Shown piece after piece: positions 20,053-29,477 of a DNA stretch of 64,000 nucleotides (its first letter is position 1; each line of letters starts with the position of its first letter). The stretch is from Giardia intestinalis. Its lineage: Eukaryota. The stretch lies in NCBI GenBank assembly GCA_000002435.2, contig CM018793.1; one strand, given 5' to 3'. The position numbers and the translations under genes are program-made. The notes under the pieces were generated by a model. It did not search any database. It was not told the origin of the DNA and saw only the letters and a list, made by a program, of their open reading frames with translations.

Positions 20053-21447
20053 ATGCAAGGACGTTGCGCTGCATCTGCTCACAAATCTAGCTCTAGTAGG
20101 GCAAAAACCACGGAGCCTACTGCACTCATGTATGCTGTCAGAGAGGGCCGCATTGACACCGTTCGTTTTCTAGCAGAAAAGGAGAGCGGGTATCTTGATG
20201 AGAAAGGAGACACTGCACTCATTATAGCCGCTTGTTCAGGGAACTATGATGCTGTTTCCATCTTAGCACCATTGGAGGCAGGAATCCGTGGCTCGGGTAG
20301 ACAGACAGCCCTCATGCATCTGTCGTCTCTGGGGTGCCCTCCCCATTTGCTTAAGCTACTTATTCATGTAGAAGCAGGTCTTACAGATAACATGGGATGG
20401 ACAGCGCTTATGTTTGCTGCACTATGGGGCCACGTGGAAACGATTTCATGCCTAGCTGATCTTGAAGCCGGCATGCAGGACCAAGATGGGATGACGGCTC
20501 TTATGCACGCAACCTCGAAGAGGAGACATGCTGCTGTCGAATATCTGCTAACACACTGCAAGGAAAAGGAGGTGGGCCGACAGAATAGCTTGGGGAGAAC
20601 TGCACTCATGATTGCCGCTACACTGGAAGGTCCAGAAAGCTACACAATTGTACAAGCGTTAGCTCCACAGGAAGCAAGAATGAAAGATCAAAATGGGATG
20701 ACTGCATTGATGTTGGCAATAAGGTGCAACATCGAGAGTAACACTGAGATCTTAGTGTATCTTGCTCAGTTAGAGGCCGGAATCCAAGACAAGGACGGGA
20801 TGACTGCGCTTATGCACGCTTGCTTGCGTGGAAATGGCACAGCTCTTGAGGTGTTAGCAAGGAGTGAGATAGGAATCTTGGATAGGCGTGGGTACTGTGC
20901 TCTAAACTACTGCATAGAAAATTACAAGGTCACGTTCTACCCCTATCTCGTCTCAGAACTAGATGTAATCTCCAGGCTTAACCCCTACAAACAGCTATTC
21001 AGCAGAAGGACGCTGTTGATTGACCTTGTCTTTCTTAGCTCACACTACAAGATTGCAAACCTGATAAAACGTTGGCTACATGTCATTGTCGTAAAGCTTA
21101 GTGATGTGGTCCATTTCGATACGACCGTTGAGCCTGCTATACTGGACTTCTCCATCTATGCGTTGATCGAGCTCTTGCTCAACTATTACATAGATAGCGC
21201 ACCCATTACCATTAACGACCTTTTGCGTAGCTATGATGAGCTGTTAGATACCGTCCTAGAGGCACACTTACACACCGTATGTAGCGTTTGCCTAGATTGT
21301 TTTGCGTCAGTCATCCATCTTCCATGCCGGCACATGGCCATGTGCAGCAAGTGCCACGAGCAAAATGAACAGTTGAGAGGCAAATGTGTAATTTGCAAGT
21401 CGATTGTTAAAGATTCTATTGTTCTCTCTCTGCATAGATGTGAATAA
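20053..21447 (+). CDS. Ankyrin-repeat protein with C-terminal C3HC4 RING finger (candidate E3 ubiquitin ligase), 464 aa
   Basis: Repeated 'G(W/M)TALM.A...G' ANK units across about 20.1-20.9 kb. The C-terminus 'CSVCLDCFASVIHLPCRHMAMCSKCHEQNEQLRGKCVICKSIV' gives the C-C-C-H-C-C-C-C RING-HC spacing. Confidence 0.8.
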   Translation: MQGRCAASAHKSSSSRAKTTEPTALMYAVREGRIDTVRFLAEKESGYLDEKGDTALIIAACSGNYDAVSILAPLEAGIRGSGRQTALMHLSSLGCPPHLLKLLIHVEAGLTDNMGWTALMFAALWGHVETISCLADLEAGMQDQDGMTALMHATSKRRHAAVEYLLTHCKEKEVGRQNSLGRTALMIAATLEGPESYTIVQALAPQEARMKDQNGMTALMLAIRCNIESNTEILVYLAQLEAGIQDKDGMTALMHACLRGNGTALEVLARSEIGILDRRGYCALNYCIENYKVTFYPYLVSELDVISRLNPYKQLFSRRTLLIDLVFLSSHYKIANLIKRWLHVIVVKLSDVVHFDTTVEPAILDFSIYALIELLLNYYIDSAPITINDLLRSYDELLDTVLEAHLHTVCSVCLDCFASVIHLPCRHMAMCSKCHEQNEQLRGKCVICKSIVKDSIVLSLHRCE

Positions 21448-21514
21448 CCATTTTATGTATTGCAGGTCAAACGAGTAACGTGCGTGTTGGGGCTGTCTTG
21501 CTGCAAAATTAAAA

Positions 21515-23983
21515 ATGTTTCCTCTGTTGCCACGCTATGTGCGGGGATCACAGAACGTCACACAGGGTATATCCATGCTCTATGTGCTTAAAGACTCCAA
21601 GAAAAAGAGTGCCATGGGATCCGTGTCTACTGTGCAACTGACTCCATCCAAGCGCGGAAAGAATATGATTGCCGTCTCCACTGTCAATGACAAAGAGTGG
21701 CACGGTAGACTTAACGAGTTCAACTATTACACCTACAATACATACCTCAAGTCCGAGGTGGATGCTCAGATTGCAGGGGTTGTCACTGAGACTTGTAGGT
21801 ACGGCCTCCCTTTTACTTTCTTCACTCCCTTGATAGTCTGCAACAATGAGATCTCCAATCTGATTGTGCCATACGAACAATATTTCAAAGACCTTATATC
21901 AGAGGTAAAGTCTGTGACCTTCACAGCTCTTGGGCTTAAGAACGGAGGCATTGTAGATATAGGTAAGCACATTACCGACAAAAATCCATCAAAGCAACCA
22001 GTCCCCGTGTCCCTAACGTTCAATTTGGCCGGAGAGATCGATTTTTCTCCCAAGCTGTATCTAACGGAATTTAGGGAATTGCACAAGACTCGTAGCAAGT
22101 GCACCTCTTACACGGAGAGGATGTCTGCCCTCAAAAACTATATCATAAAGACTGACGATCTTACTTGTGTTATTCTGACTTACACGAGCTGGGTTGACAA
22201 CGCATCGCATATCTACCCAGAGGGGCGCTGCGAGATGGTTCATACCTTTGTTGTCCCCATATTTAGGGACGAAGATAAGTTTTGGAAAGAAAATTTCCGA
22301 ACGACTTATAATCCATACGATCTTGACTCTGTGCAAAAGAAGTTTGATTTGGAGTCTCCCGCTATAGCGGAGAAAGTTTTCATGGCGCAGTATGTCCACT
22401 CGGGGAAAGGATACTTCAATGACGACTCTCAAAGGTTTATGCCCAAAACGTCTGGCAAGGAGAAGCCAGCGAAGGTTCCCAAAGCCACTCCAAGAAGCTC
22501 AGCTCAACCTTCTGACGGTCATGGTGAGTATTCCAAGCTCACAGCCTTCCAAGCCGACTACAATTCTCTTCTTTACGCCCCTGAAAATGTTCTGACCAGC
22601 GACCACTTTAAGCCGAGCACTGCTGCAGAGTATGTGCTGTTCTCGACTCCATGCGCATCAGTGAAGGTCCTTTACAAGTATCTCTACCTTCGTGAAGCCC
22701 TCACAGCCGCTATTATGATACTTCCAGAACGCTTTCAATGCTCCCCAGGTACCGTTTTGGCAGCCATTTCCTTTGTGGGACATGTGCAGTACACCAAATG
22801 CCTCAATCATCGTGGGTACAACACTATGGACTTGGTCGGTGGGCAACGTGCTATGTTTATGGCCCACCATTTGAAGGTCGACCCTAACTTCTTGTTCACT
22901 GCTGACAACTCTTCGCGTGCAGAGACCTTTGAGCTTGTTACAGAAAGTGGTGGATCCCTCGTAGTCAAGTTGGAGCGTTTCGATAACTGTACTCTTGTCG
23001 ATGAAACAGAGGACATCCCTGTTTTTGAGGGAGATGGCACGTTCGTTGAAGATCAAGACGATGATGATAAGGATAGCGTGACTATTGAAGACTCGATAAA
23101 GTCTAAGCCACCTGCTAAACCGGTGGTGTATGCGACTGCGGCACCCACCAGTACTGGCTCGAATAATGACCTCATAGTAGCAGATCTGCAAGCACAACTT
23201 GATGCAAAAGACAAGCTTATAACTGTTAGCGCAGAGAACATGAAGGCGGTAGAGTTGGAGAACAAGCGTCTCTGTGAAGAAATAGCCGATTTGCAGAAGA
23301 AGCTTGGAATCCCTCAAACGTATGAAGGCCGCGACCACGCGGATAATACATTTAGCGAAATGAATCCTGCATCTTTGTCACAGATTACATCGGGTCTAGG
23401 AACACAACGTGACGAGCTGCTGAACGACATTGATAAGGAAATCCAGGATCTCATCACCATGTCCAGGCGTAGAGACAATGAGATCACGGCGCTATCTGCT
23501 CAGGTGGAGCACGGAGGAGACACAGACTCCTTGGTCAAAGAGTACTTGGATCGCAATAAGGCACTCGAAGAAAAGCTCATCTCTACTGAGCAGGAGCTCG
23601 GAAACCAGAAGAAGTCATTAGAGACGGAGCGCGAGGCTAACAAGAAGCTGCAGCGACTTCTTGATGACCTCAAGGCTGGAGACGATAAGGGTAAAGGAGG
23701 TGGGAAGTCTGTAGATGAAGCTGCACTTCAGAAGCTCCGCATTCAATACGAAAACCAGATGGTTAACCTTAAGAAGGAGAACCTTGAAAAGGTTCAAGCT
23801 CTCCACGTAGAGATACAAAGACTACGCAGCACCCACGAGGCTAAGATGCACGAAGCCAAGAAGCACTATGAGGAGGAGCGCAACAAGGAGCTGCGATCTC
23901 TTAAGCGTCGCGCCGAGGAGGACTTCATGGCCAAGCTTACTGAGATCAAACTAAAGATCAAGGAAGCTTTTGCTCGACATTAG
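21515..23983 (+). CDS. Hypothetical coiled-coil protein, 822 aa (paralog A of a tandem pair)
   Basis: ATG in 'caaaattaaaaATG'. Globular N-terminal domain (~450 aa), an acidic linker, and a C-terminal coiled coil ending '...LTEIKLKIKEAFARH'. It shares blocks with the downstream gene ('PIFRDEDKFWKENF' vs 'PIFRSGDSFWEENL'; 'EIKLK(I/V)KEA'). Confidence 0.8.
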   Translation: MFPLLPRYVRGSQNVTQGISMLYVLKDSKKKSAMGSVSTVQLTPSKRGKNMIAVSTVNDKEWHGRLNEFNYYTYNTYLKSEVDAQIAGVVTETCRYGLPFTFFTPLIVCNNEISNLIVPYEQYFKDLISEVKSVTFTALGLKNGGIVDIGKHITDKNPSKQPVPVSLTFNLAGEIDFSPKLYLTEFRELHKTRSKCTSYTERMSALKNYIIKTDDLTCVILTYTSWVDNASHIYPEGRCEMVHTFVVPIFRDEDKFWKENFRTTYNPYDLDSVQKKFDLESPAIAEKVFMAQYVHSGKGYFNDDSQRFMPKTSGKEKPAKVPKATPRSSAQPSDGHGEYSKLTAFQADYNSLLYAPENVLTSDHFKPSTAAEYVLFSTPCASVKVLYKYLYLREALTAAIMILPERFQCSPGTVLAAISFVGHVQYTKCLNHRGYNTMDLVGGQRAMFMAHHLKVDPNFLFTADNSSRAETFELVTESGGSLVVKLERFDNCTLVDETEDIPVFEGDGTFVEDQDDDDKDSVTIEDSIKSKPPAKPVVYATAAPTSTGSNNDLIVADLQAQLDAKDKLITVSAENMKAVELENKRLCEEIADLQKKLGIPQTYEGRDHADNTFSEMNPASLSQITSGLGTQRDELLNDIDKEIQDLITMSRRRDNEITALSAQVEHGGDTDSLVKEYLDRNKALEEKLISTEQELGNQKKSLETEREANKKLQRLLDDLKAGDDKGKGGGKSVDEAALQKLRIQYENQMVNLKKENLEKVQALHVEIQRLRSTHEAKMHEAKKHYEEERNKELRSLKRRAEEDFMAKLTEIKLKIKEAFARH

Positions 23984-24085
23984 TGCTAATAGTTTAGACG
24001 CGTACTTGTTAATTTCCTATTATCTAACGCGTACTTTTCGAAATCCTAGTAAATTAGTGAGTCCCCTTTCTGCCTCACAAAAAAG

Positions 24086-26527
24086 ATGAGCCAGCACACG
24101 GCACGGGCCTTTTCGGCCACCCTCGCCAGTGACCATGAAGGTATGCCTGGCGTGTCCCTCTTCATGACATATTCAGTTGATAAGTCCACTTTACCGCCAT
24201 CGATACTAGATAACATCACCGTCCACTCTGACGAAAACAAGGAAACGGAGCTTATTGCCAACTCCACCCGTCTCGCATTTACGCCCACGCTAGGACAATG
24301 GCACGGCTCGGAACGGGAACTGAGTACAGCTGCAGAGCTATATTTCACAGAGATAATCCGCACTGTTGTTGCCGGGGTTACGCCCTTAACTATTGTCGTC
24401 CCCCTTCTATTTGAAAAGGGTGTAATGGTTAGTTCTTACAATCCTATTTGCAGCCTGCCTCAAGTGTTAAAGGTGACAGAAGCCACCGAGTTCGCATTTT
24501 CAGCTGTTTGCTTTATGAGCGGTAAGGCATATGACATGCATGATACTATCTCTACTACCTCTATGGCAACACCTACAGAGTTAAGCGTTTCAGTTGGGCT
24601 CACAGGAGAGGTGGTTTACAATCCTGCTCCTAGAAAGATTAGTGCAGCTGTCAAAGATTGTGCATCTGGCACCAATGACTTTCTAACTGAATACTCAAAG
24701 ATGATGACCTATCTCTTAAGCTACGTGTCACATAACTCTAGCATTTCCGCGATTGCAATCCACGTTCATTTGGACGGACTACCACACATCCTGGTCAAAA
24801 GCGTACCATGTAGAATGAATATTTCGTTTATATCCCCTATTTTTAGGTCTGGAGACTCCTTCTGGGAAGAAAATCTATCTACAGACTTTCCTGCCGATGA
24901 TATTGAAAGAGCATCGAAGCGTTACGACCTCGGAAGCATGAGTGTACTAGACAACCTTGCGTTGGCATGCTATGTTAACTATGGACGCTTGTTTTTTAGC
25001 TCTAAATCAGCTCCTGACACTCTTCCAACCTGCGCATATCAGCAATACGCAGCGTGGACGCTTTCACGGATCCCATCTCTGGACTTCCATAGGGACCAAG
25101 GTTGTAGCACCTCTGAATCCACTAATACACAGCTCATTACTAGGACTGACCATTCTAATGCAGGTGGTCTTGTCGACCCATGCTCAGATGTGCTAAAAAT
25201 ATGGCAGAATGCAGGCAACAGTGCAGGAAAGTCGAGAGATTATAGCTACAATTCTACCAGATGGAGGCAGATAGATAAGGAGTTCGTCTTGAAGTCTTTT
25301 TCCCTACAGGATTACATTTCAACAAAAACACTATCTGCGCTTGCGAAAGTGCTACACGAGCATCTCTTTCTTCGAACCTCTCGTGTCCTTGCGTGGGTTG
25401 CTCTGCCATCCGAATTCCTCTTTACCAAGGCCTCTGCCATTGCTATGTTTAGTTTTGTTGCTGGAATCCAGCGAGGATACTGTGTCCAGAGGCCTACGTA
25501 TTTAACTCGTGAGGCAGAGCTAGCTGATAGAATTCGCTACGTCCTAAACGAACTGCACACCCTTGAAACCATGACAAGGAAGAGCAATCCACTAAATCAG
25601 AACTCCGAATCAGACTTTGAATCATGTCCGAGCCGCGCAGTTCTCTACTCAAATATTCCCAATCCAGAGGTCCGTAAATTGCTCGAGCAAAAAGATAACC
25701 TTATCGATAAACTAGAAGATTGTATCAAAGCGTTGGAAAGCGACAATGCTCAGCTTCGGCAGGATATTTTGGCGTCCAATAACAACAAGGATCAACCATC
25801 CTCGTTCTTTGACTCAATTTTTGTTGAAGATAGCTCCATGTTGGCTCACGAAAAGAACGATCTCGTGAATGATATAGACACAGAGCTAAAGAATCTCATG
25901 GAGCAGCATCTGCTCAACAAGCAGCAACTGAACGACCTCCAGAAGTTGGCAGCAGGAGAAGGATCAGCTCAGCTACTAGAGAAACTTCAAGGAGAGGTAA
26001 ACGCAGCAAACGCCAAGATAAAGCTTCTAGAGACAGAACTACGTAATTCTCAGACAGCACTATACGCCGAGCAGGACTCGTGCTCTCGCCTTAAAAGAGA
26101 GACGGAAGACTTGGTGGCCCAACTAGAGCGCGCCGGACGCCTAGCGCTTGTTACCTCGCCGACAAAAAGCACTAGAGTAGGGTCACAGTTACCACCAGTA
26201 CTTCCACAGATCATTGTACCCTCAGCCGCAAACTACACAGAGGATGACGTCCGGAGTATAAGACAAGAGTATGAAAACAAAATCTACGGTCTTAAAGAGC
26301 AACGCCTTATGGATATGGCTGCTCACAGAGCTGAGGTGGATGCTCTCAAGAAAGCGCATGCTGATCAGCTTGAGTCCTTCAGACAAGCCGTGAAGAACAG
26401 ATATGCAAAAGAAAGGGACAGAGAATATGCCAAGATGAAGAAGCAGCTAGAGAGCGACTATATGCTGAAGCTTAAAGAAATAAAGCTGAAGGTCAAAGAG
26501 GCGATGCTTGGAGGTGTGAACATGTGA
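24086..26527 (+). CDS. Hypothetical coiled-coil protein, 813 aa (paralog B of the tandem pair)
   Basis: ATG in 'cacaaaaaagATG'. Same architecture and conserved blocks as 21515..23983. C-terminal coiled coil '...KLKEIKLKVKEAMLGGVNM'. Confidence 0.8.
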   Translation: MSQHTARAFSATLASDHEGMPGVSLFMTYSVDKSTLPPSILDNITVHSDENKETELIANSTRLAFTPTLGQWHGSERELSTAAELYFTEIIRTVVAGVTPLTIVVPLLFEKGVMVSSYNPICSLPQVLKVTEATEFAFSAVCFMSGKAYDMHDTISTTSMATPTELSVSVGLTGEVVYNPAPRKISAAVKDCASGTNDFLTEYSKMMTYLLSYVSHNSSISAIAIHVHLDGLPHILVKSVPCRMNISFISPIFRSGDSFWEENLSTDFPADDIERASKRYDLGSMSVLDNLALACYVNYGRLFFSSKSAPDTLPTCAYQQYAAWTLSRIPSLDFHRDQGCSTSESTNTQLITRTDHSNAGGLVDPCSDVLKIWQNAGNSAGKSRDYSYNSTRWRQIDKEFVLKSFSLQDYISTKTLSALAKVLHEHLFLRTSRVLAWVALPSEFLFTKASAIAMFSFVAGIQRGYCVQRPTYLTREAELADRIRYVLNELHTLETMTRKSNPLNQNSESDFESCPSRAVLYSNIPNPEVRKLLEQKDNLIDKLEDCIKALESDNAQLRQDILASNNNKDQPSSFFDSIFVEDSSMLAHEKNDLVNDIDTELKNLMEQHLLNKQQLNDLQKLAAGEGSAQLLEKLQGEVNAANAKIKLLETELRNSQTALYAEQDSCSRLKRETEDLVAQLERAGRLALVTSPTKSTRVGSQLPPVLPQIIVPSAANYTEDDVRSIRQEYENKIYGLKEQRLMDMAAHRAEVDALKKAHADQLESFRQAVKNRYAKERDREYAKMKKQLESDYMLKLKEIKLKVKEAMLGGVNM

Positions 26528-26549
26528 TTTAGTGACTGCCTAGAGTCAC

Positions 26550-29474
26550 TCAATGCTTAGAGTATGCTCTACATAGAATGTCCCAATAGTGACGCGTTCT
26601 TCCAATTTCATACTCTTTAATGTGAGAAGCATGTAGTAGGCCTACCTCTTCTGCAGTCAAGTAAATGCTAAGGGCCATATCATATATGTTCGTCTGGTTC
26701 AGATGTCTGACGGTCATGCTTTGCATTAGCCATTCCGTTGGTGACTCTGGTAGCACGACAAATCTAGGCCTGAACGAGCCCACAATCTTTTCCGAAAGGC
26801 ACTGAAAAGTATATTCTATAGTGTTTGCAGAAAGTACAAGGTACGAGGCCTTAGAGTAGAAGTATTTTGAACCATACTTTTCGGTAAGAAAACGGATGGA
26901 TGGAGAGCTCATTACATGTTGTACCATGCTGGTGGGTATAGAGGGAGGTGTGGACGACTCACTATCAGAGAGGACCAAGGATGGCACAACGATAAGCTCG
27001 CTGAAGCAGTGTCGTAACTGAAAAGAGTAAGGCGACGTACTTGCGGCGGAGAGGTCGGACTTGTCGTACCTTCGTGCGTCATCCGTATGGTCAATACTGC
27101 ACATATATTTTTCTGTTAGAAGCAGAAAGTAGTCATCAATTTCATTTAGCGGAGAATAGGTGTCTTTGCTCTGTGATTTAGACTGTGTAATATGTGTATT
27201 AATCTTCGTCTTAGAAGCTAGCTTGTTCCTATTTGCGGATTGGGAGATGGCAAGATTTCGATCTGCAAAGGCCAGCCTCCCCATATTGCTAGACGTTACT
27301 TTGGGAATATCATAGGCAATTCGAGCCTTTGACGGGCTCACGATACTTCTGGTAAGGATATTGTGAACTAAGGAAGCAGAATCTGTTGTAAGATTTTCTT
27401 TGGAGCTCGTTCTTTTAGATAACCTTGAATCTTTTTCTGTGAACGAAGAACGCATGGCATTATTGGAAATACTAGCTAAATCTAAGTCATTATTTGTGTT
27501 GAATCGTGATTGCAAGTCAAGTACAGGCGACGTCCAACGAAATCTGCACTCGCTTATACGTCTAATTCTCGTACGCTGTTCTAACCGGTCGTGTGCATTA
27601 AAGAACTTGAAAGCAAGACTACGAGGCGATGCTGCACGAGAAATCATGTTTCCCCGACTATGTGTGCATACTAGTTTGCTTTGCAATGACGGAACGTTAT
27701 TTATATGCTCGTTAAGAATCATTGTGACCGTTGCAGGATCTGAGTAGTCAATTTTCCTGCTCTCTAGTTCTGAGATTGGTAGACGTAAGCTCAGCTTAAA
27801 CCGTTCAGTGTTCGATAGTCGTCTGCCGTTCGGATGCATTCCCTTGATGATGAGATCCAAGTCTTCCTGACAATATCGTGGTGCATATACATTAAATTTT
27901 ACATACTTATCAACGGAATCACTGGATTGATGGGTGCTCGGGACGATACCTAGGAGCTTTTCTGTAATGTCCTCGATCATCTGGTGTTTAGCTGCCATCT
28001 GCGAAAAGTCCTTTGTATCTAGAGCGGAAGACAGTTCGGGGCTATCTTTCAATCTCTTCTTGTTAACATAGTCTTTGTACAGAGTAGTCTTCAGCCCATA
28101 GTCGTTCGAACTCTTTAGGCGTGTTTTGGATCCATTCTGAGTAGAGGGTCTGGGCATTTGCGGTGGAACTTTTGAGGGGCCAGGCACGCGCATATCTAGA
28201 TCTCTGACAAGCTTAGTTCGTGCACTCTCATCTAGTACTCTGTTAATATTGTTGATAAGTTTATCTTCCAACACTGTCGCAGTATACTGGAAAATCCCGC
28301 CTCCGTATGCCAGAGCAGCAGCAAAGATAGCAAATGCTACTTGTTCTATTGAATCTCCCATGAATAGGGTTTGCCTATTGAGATTGATCTTTCTAGAAGA
28401 AAAAAGTTCATTCAGGAGCTCTCTATGCTCCTGTAGCTGCTTATCATCGTCTACATCTTCGAGTCTCTCGTGGCTCACCGACTCGTTACTATGGACGCTA
28501 CCAGGCGTAGTAGTGGCAGTAGCAGAGTCATCGGCAGAATACTCGCATTGAGAGGGCTCTGAAGATTTGCCAGGAAGCAAGCGTGGCATAAAGATGGGTA
28601 CACCACTGCGATCCAGAAAGCAAGTGTATGGCAGGATGTGGACGATGGCAGGCGGATCTTCGTCGCGCACAGTGGTGTCAAAGACTCTGCTAGCAGGAGG
28701 CGATGTAGAGCGGAGATATTGCAACTGTTGGAGTGTTCGTGGGGGGTCCAAGTTTTCTGTGTCAAAGATGCTATAGTATAACAGTCTATTCTTCTTCCTT
28801 TGCTCAATATATTTCTTATGCTTTAGGGCTTCTTGCTTCTCAAGCTTGTTGTCCATTAGTTGATCCTTGAAACGGTGTGTCGCATGATGGAAAAGCTTCC
28901 TTATTCCTGGTTCGTCACGCGTTCCAACGTAAACAAGTTGCGTAAACACAAAGGGTTTCTGCTTGTATGCCTTTGTGGCCTTAACGCCAGTGAAGAAGAG
29001 CTCCAAATCATGAGGGGAGTAGTACATATAATGATCCGCCCAGATGTTCGCTTCTCTAAAGGTCCCCTTCTTCGAAGGGGCTCCTTGCTCAGTAGGAAGG
29101 CCCTGCATAGACCAGTCCTTGCAGTTTCCGGCAAGGAGAGATACAGTACGTATCTGGTGATACTGCAACTGCCACCAAACTCTGTATATGTGCAAGCTCG
29201 ATGTGGTGTCTTGATAAAGTATTATCGACTGGGTTGAGAGAAGGCCCTGGGAGCCTGTCCACTTGCAAAATTCCGAGACAGGAGGAACGGGTGCTTGGGG
29301 GTAGAGATCTGCTGTGCACACAAGGGGACGCGCCGAGGGGATGTGTGCTTGCAGAAAGCTATCCAGGTTTTCGCCCAAACAGTTTGGTTGTGGTTCTGTA
29401 CAACAAAAAACAGTGACTCGTCTATTAATTACTGCTTCGTAAAGCCATTTAGGGGTAACAAGCAAGGGGTTCAT
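26550..29474 (-). CDS. Hypothetical protein, 974 aa; N-terminal segment weakly rhodanese/Cdc25-like ('RVTVFCCTEPQ...FLQAHIPSARPL'), remainder S/T-rich and low-complexity
   Basis: ATG at 29472-29474 in 'gaaaagtaaaatATG'. The long ORF has protein-like composition. The domain call is tentative. Confidence 0.7.
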   Translation of the reverse strand: MNPLLVTPKWLYEAVINRRVTVFCCTEPQPNCLGENLDSFLQAHIPSARPLVCTADLYPQAPVPPVSEFCKWTGSQGLLSTQSIILYQDTTSSLHIYRVWWQLQYHQIRTVSLLAGNCKDWSMQGLPTEQGAPSKKGTFREANIWADHYMYYSPHDLELFFTGVKATKAYKQKPFVFTQLVYVGTRDEPGIRKLFHHATHRFKDQLMDNKLEKQEALKHKKYIEQRKKNRLLYYSIFDTENLDPPRTLQQLQYLRSTSPPASRVFDTTVRDEDPPAIVHILPYTCFLDRSGVPIFMPRLLPGKSSEPSQCEYSADDSATATTTPGSVHSNESVSHERLEDVDDDKQLQEHRELLNELFSSRKINLNRQTLFMGDSIEQVAFAIFAAALAYGGGIFQYTATVLEDKLINNINRVLDESARTKLVRDLDMRVPGPSKVPPQMPRPSTQNGSKTRLKSSNDYGLKTTLYKDYVNKKRLKDSPELSSALDTKDFSQMAAKHQMIEDITEKLLGIVPSTHQSSDSVDKYVKFNVYAPRYCQEDLDLIIKGMHPNGRRLSNTERFKLSLRLPISELESRKIDYSDPATVTMILNEHINNVPSLQSKLVCTHSRGNMISRAASPRSLAFKFFNAHDRLEQRTRIRRISECRFRWTSPVLDLQSRFNTNNDLDLASISNNAMRSSFTEKDSRLSKRTSSKENLTTDSASLVHNILTRSIVSPSKARIAYDIPKVTSSNMGRLAFADRNLAISQSANRNKLASKTKINTHITQSKSQSKDTYSPLNEIDDYFLLLTEKYMCSIDHTDDARRYDKSDLSAASTSPYSFQLRHCFSELIVVPSLVLSDSESSTPPSIPTSMVQHVMSSPSIRFLTEKYGSKYFYSKASYLVLSANTIEYTFQCLSEKIVGSFRPRFVVLPESPTEWLMQSMTVRHLNQTNIYDMALSIYLTAEEVGLLHASHIKEYEIGRTRHYWDILCRAYSKH

Positions 29475-29477
29475 ATT

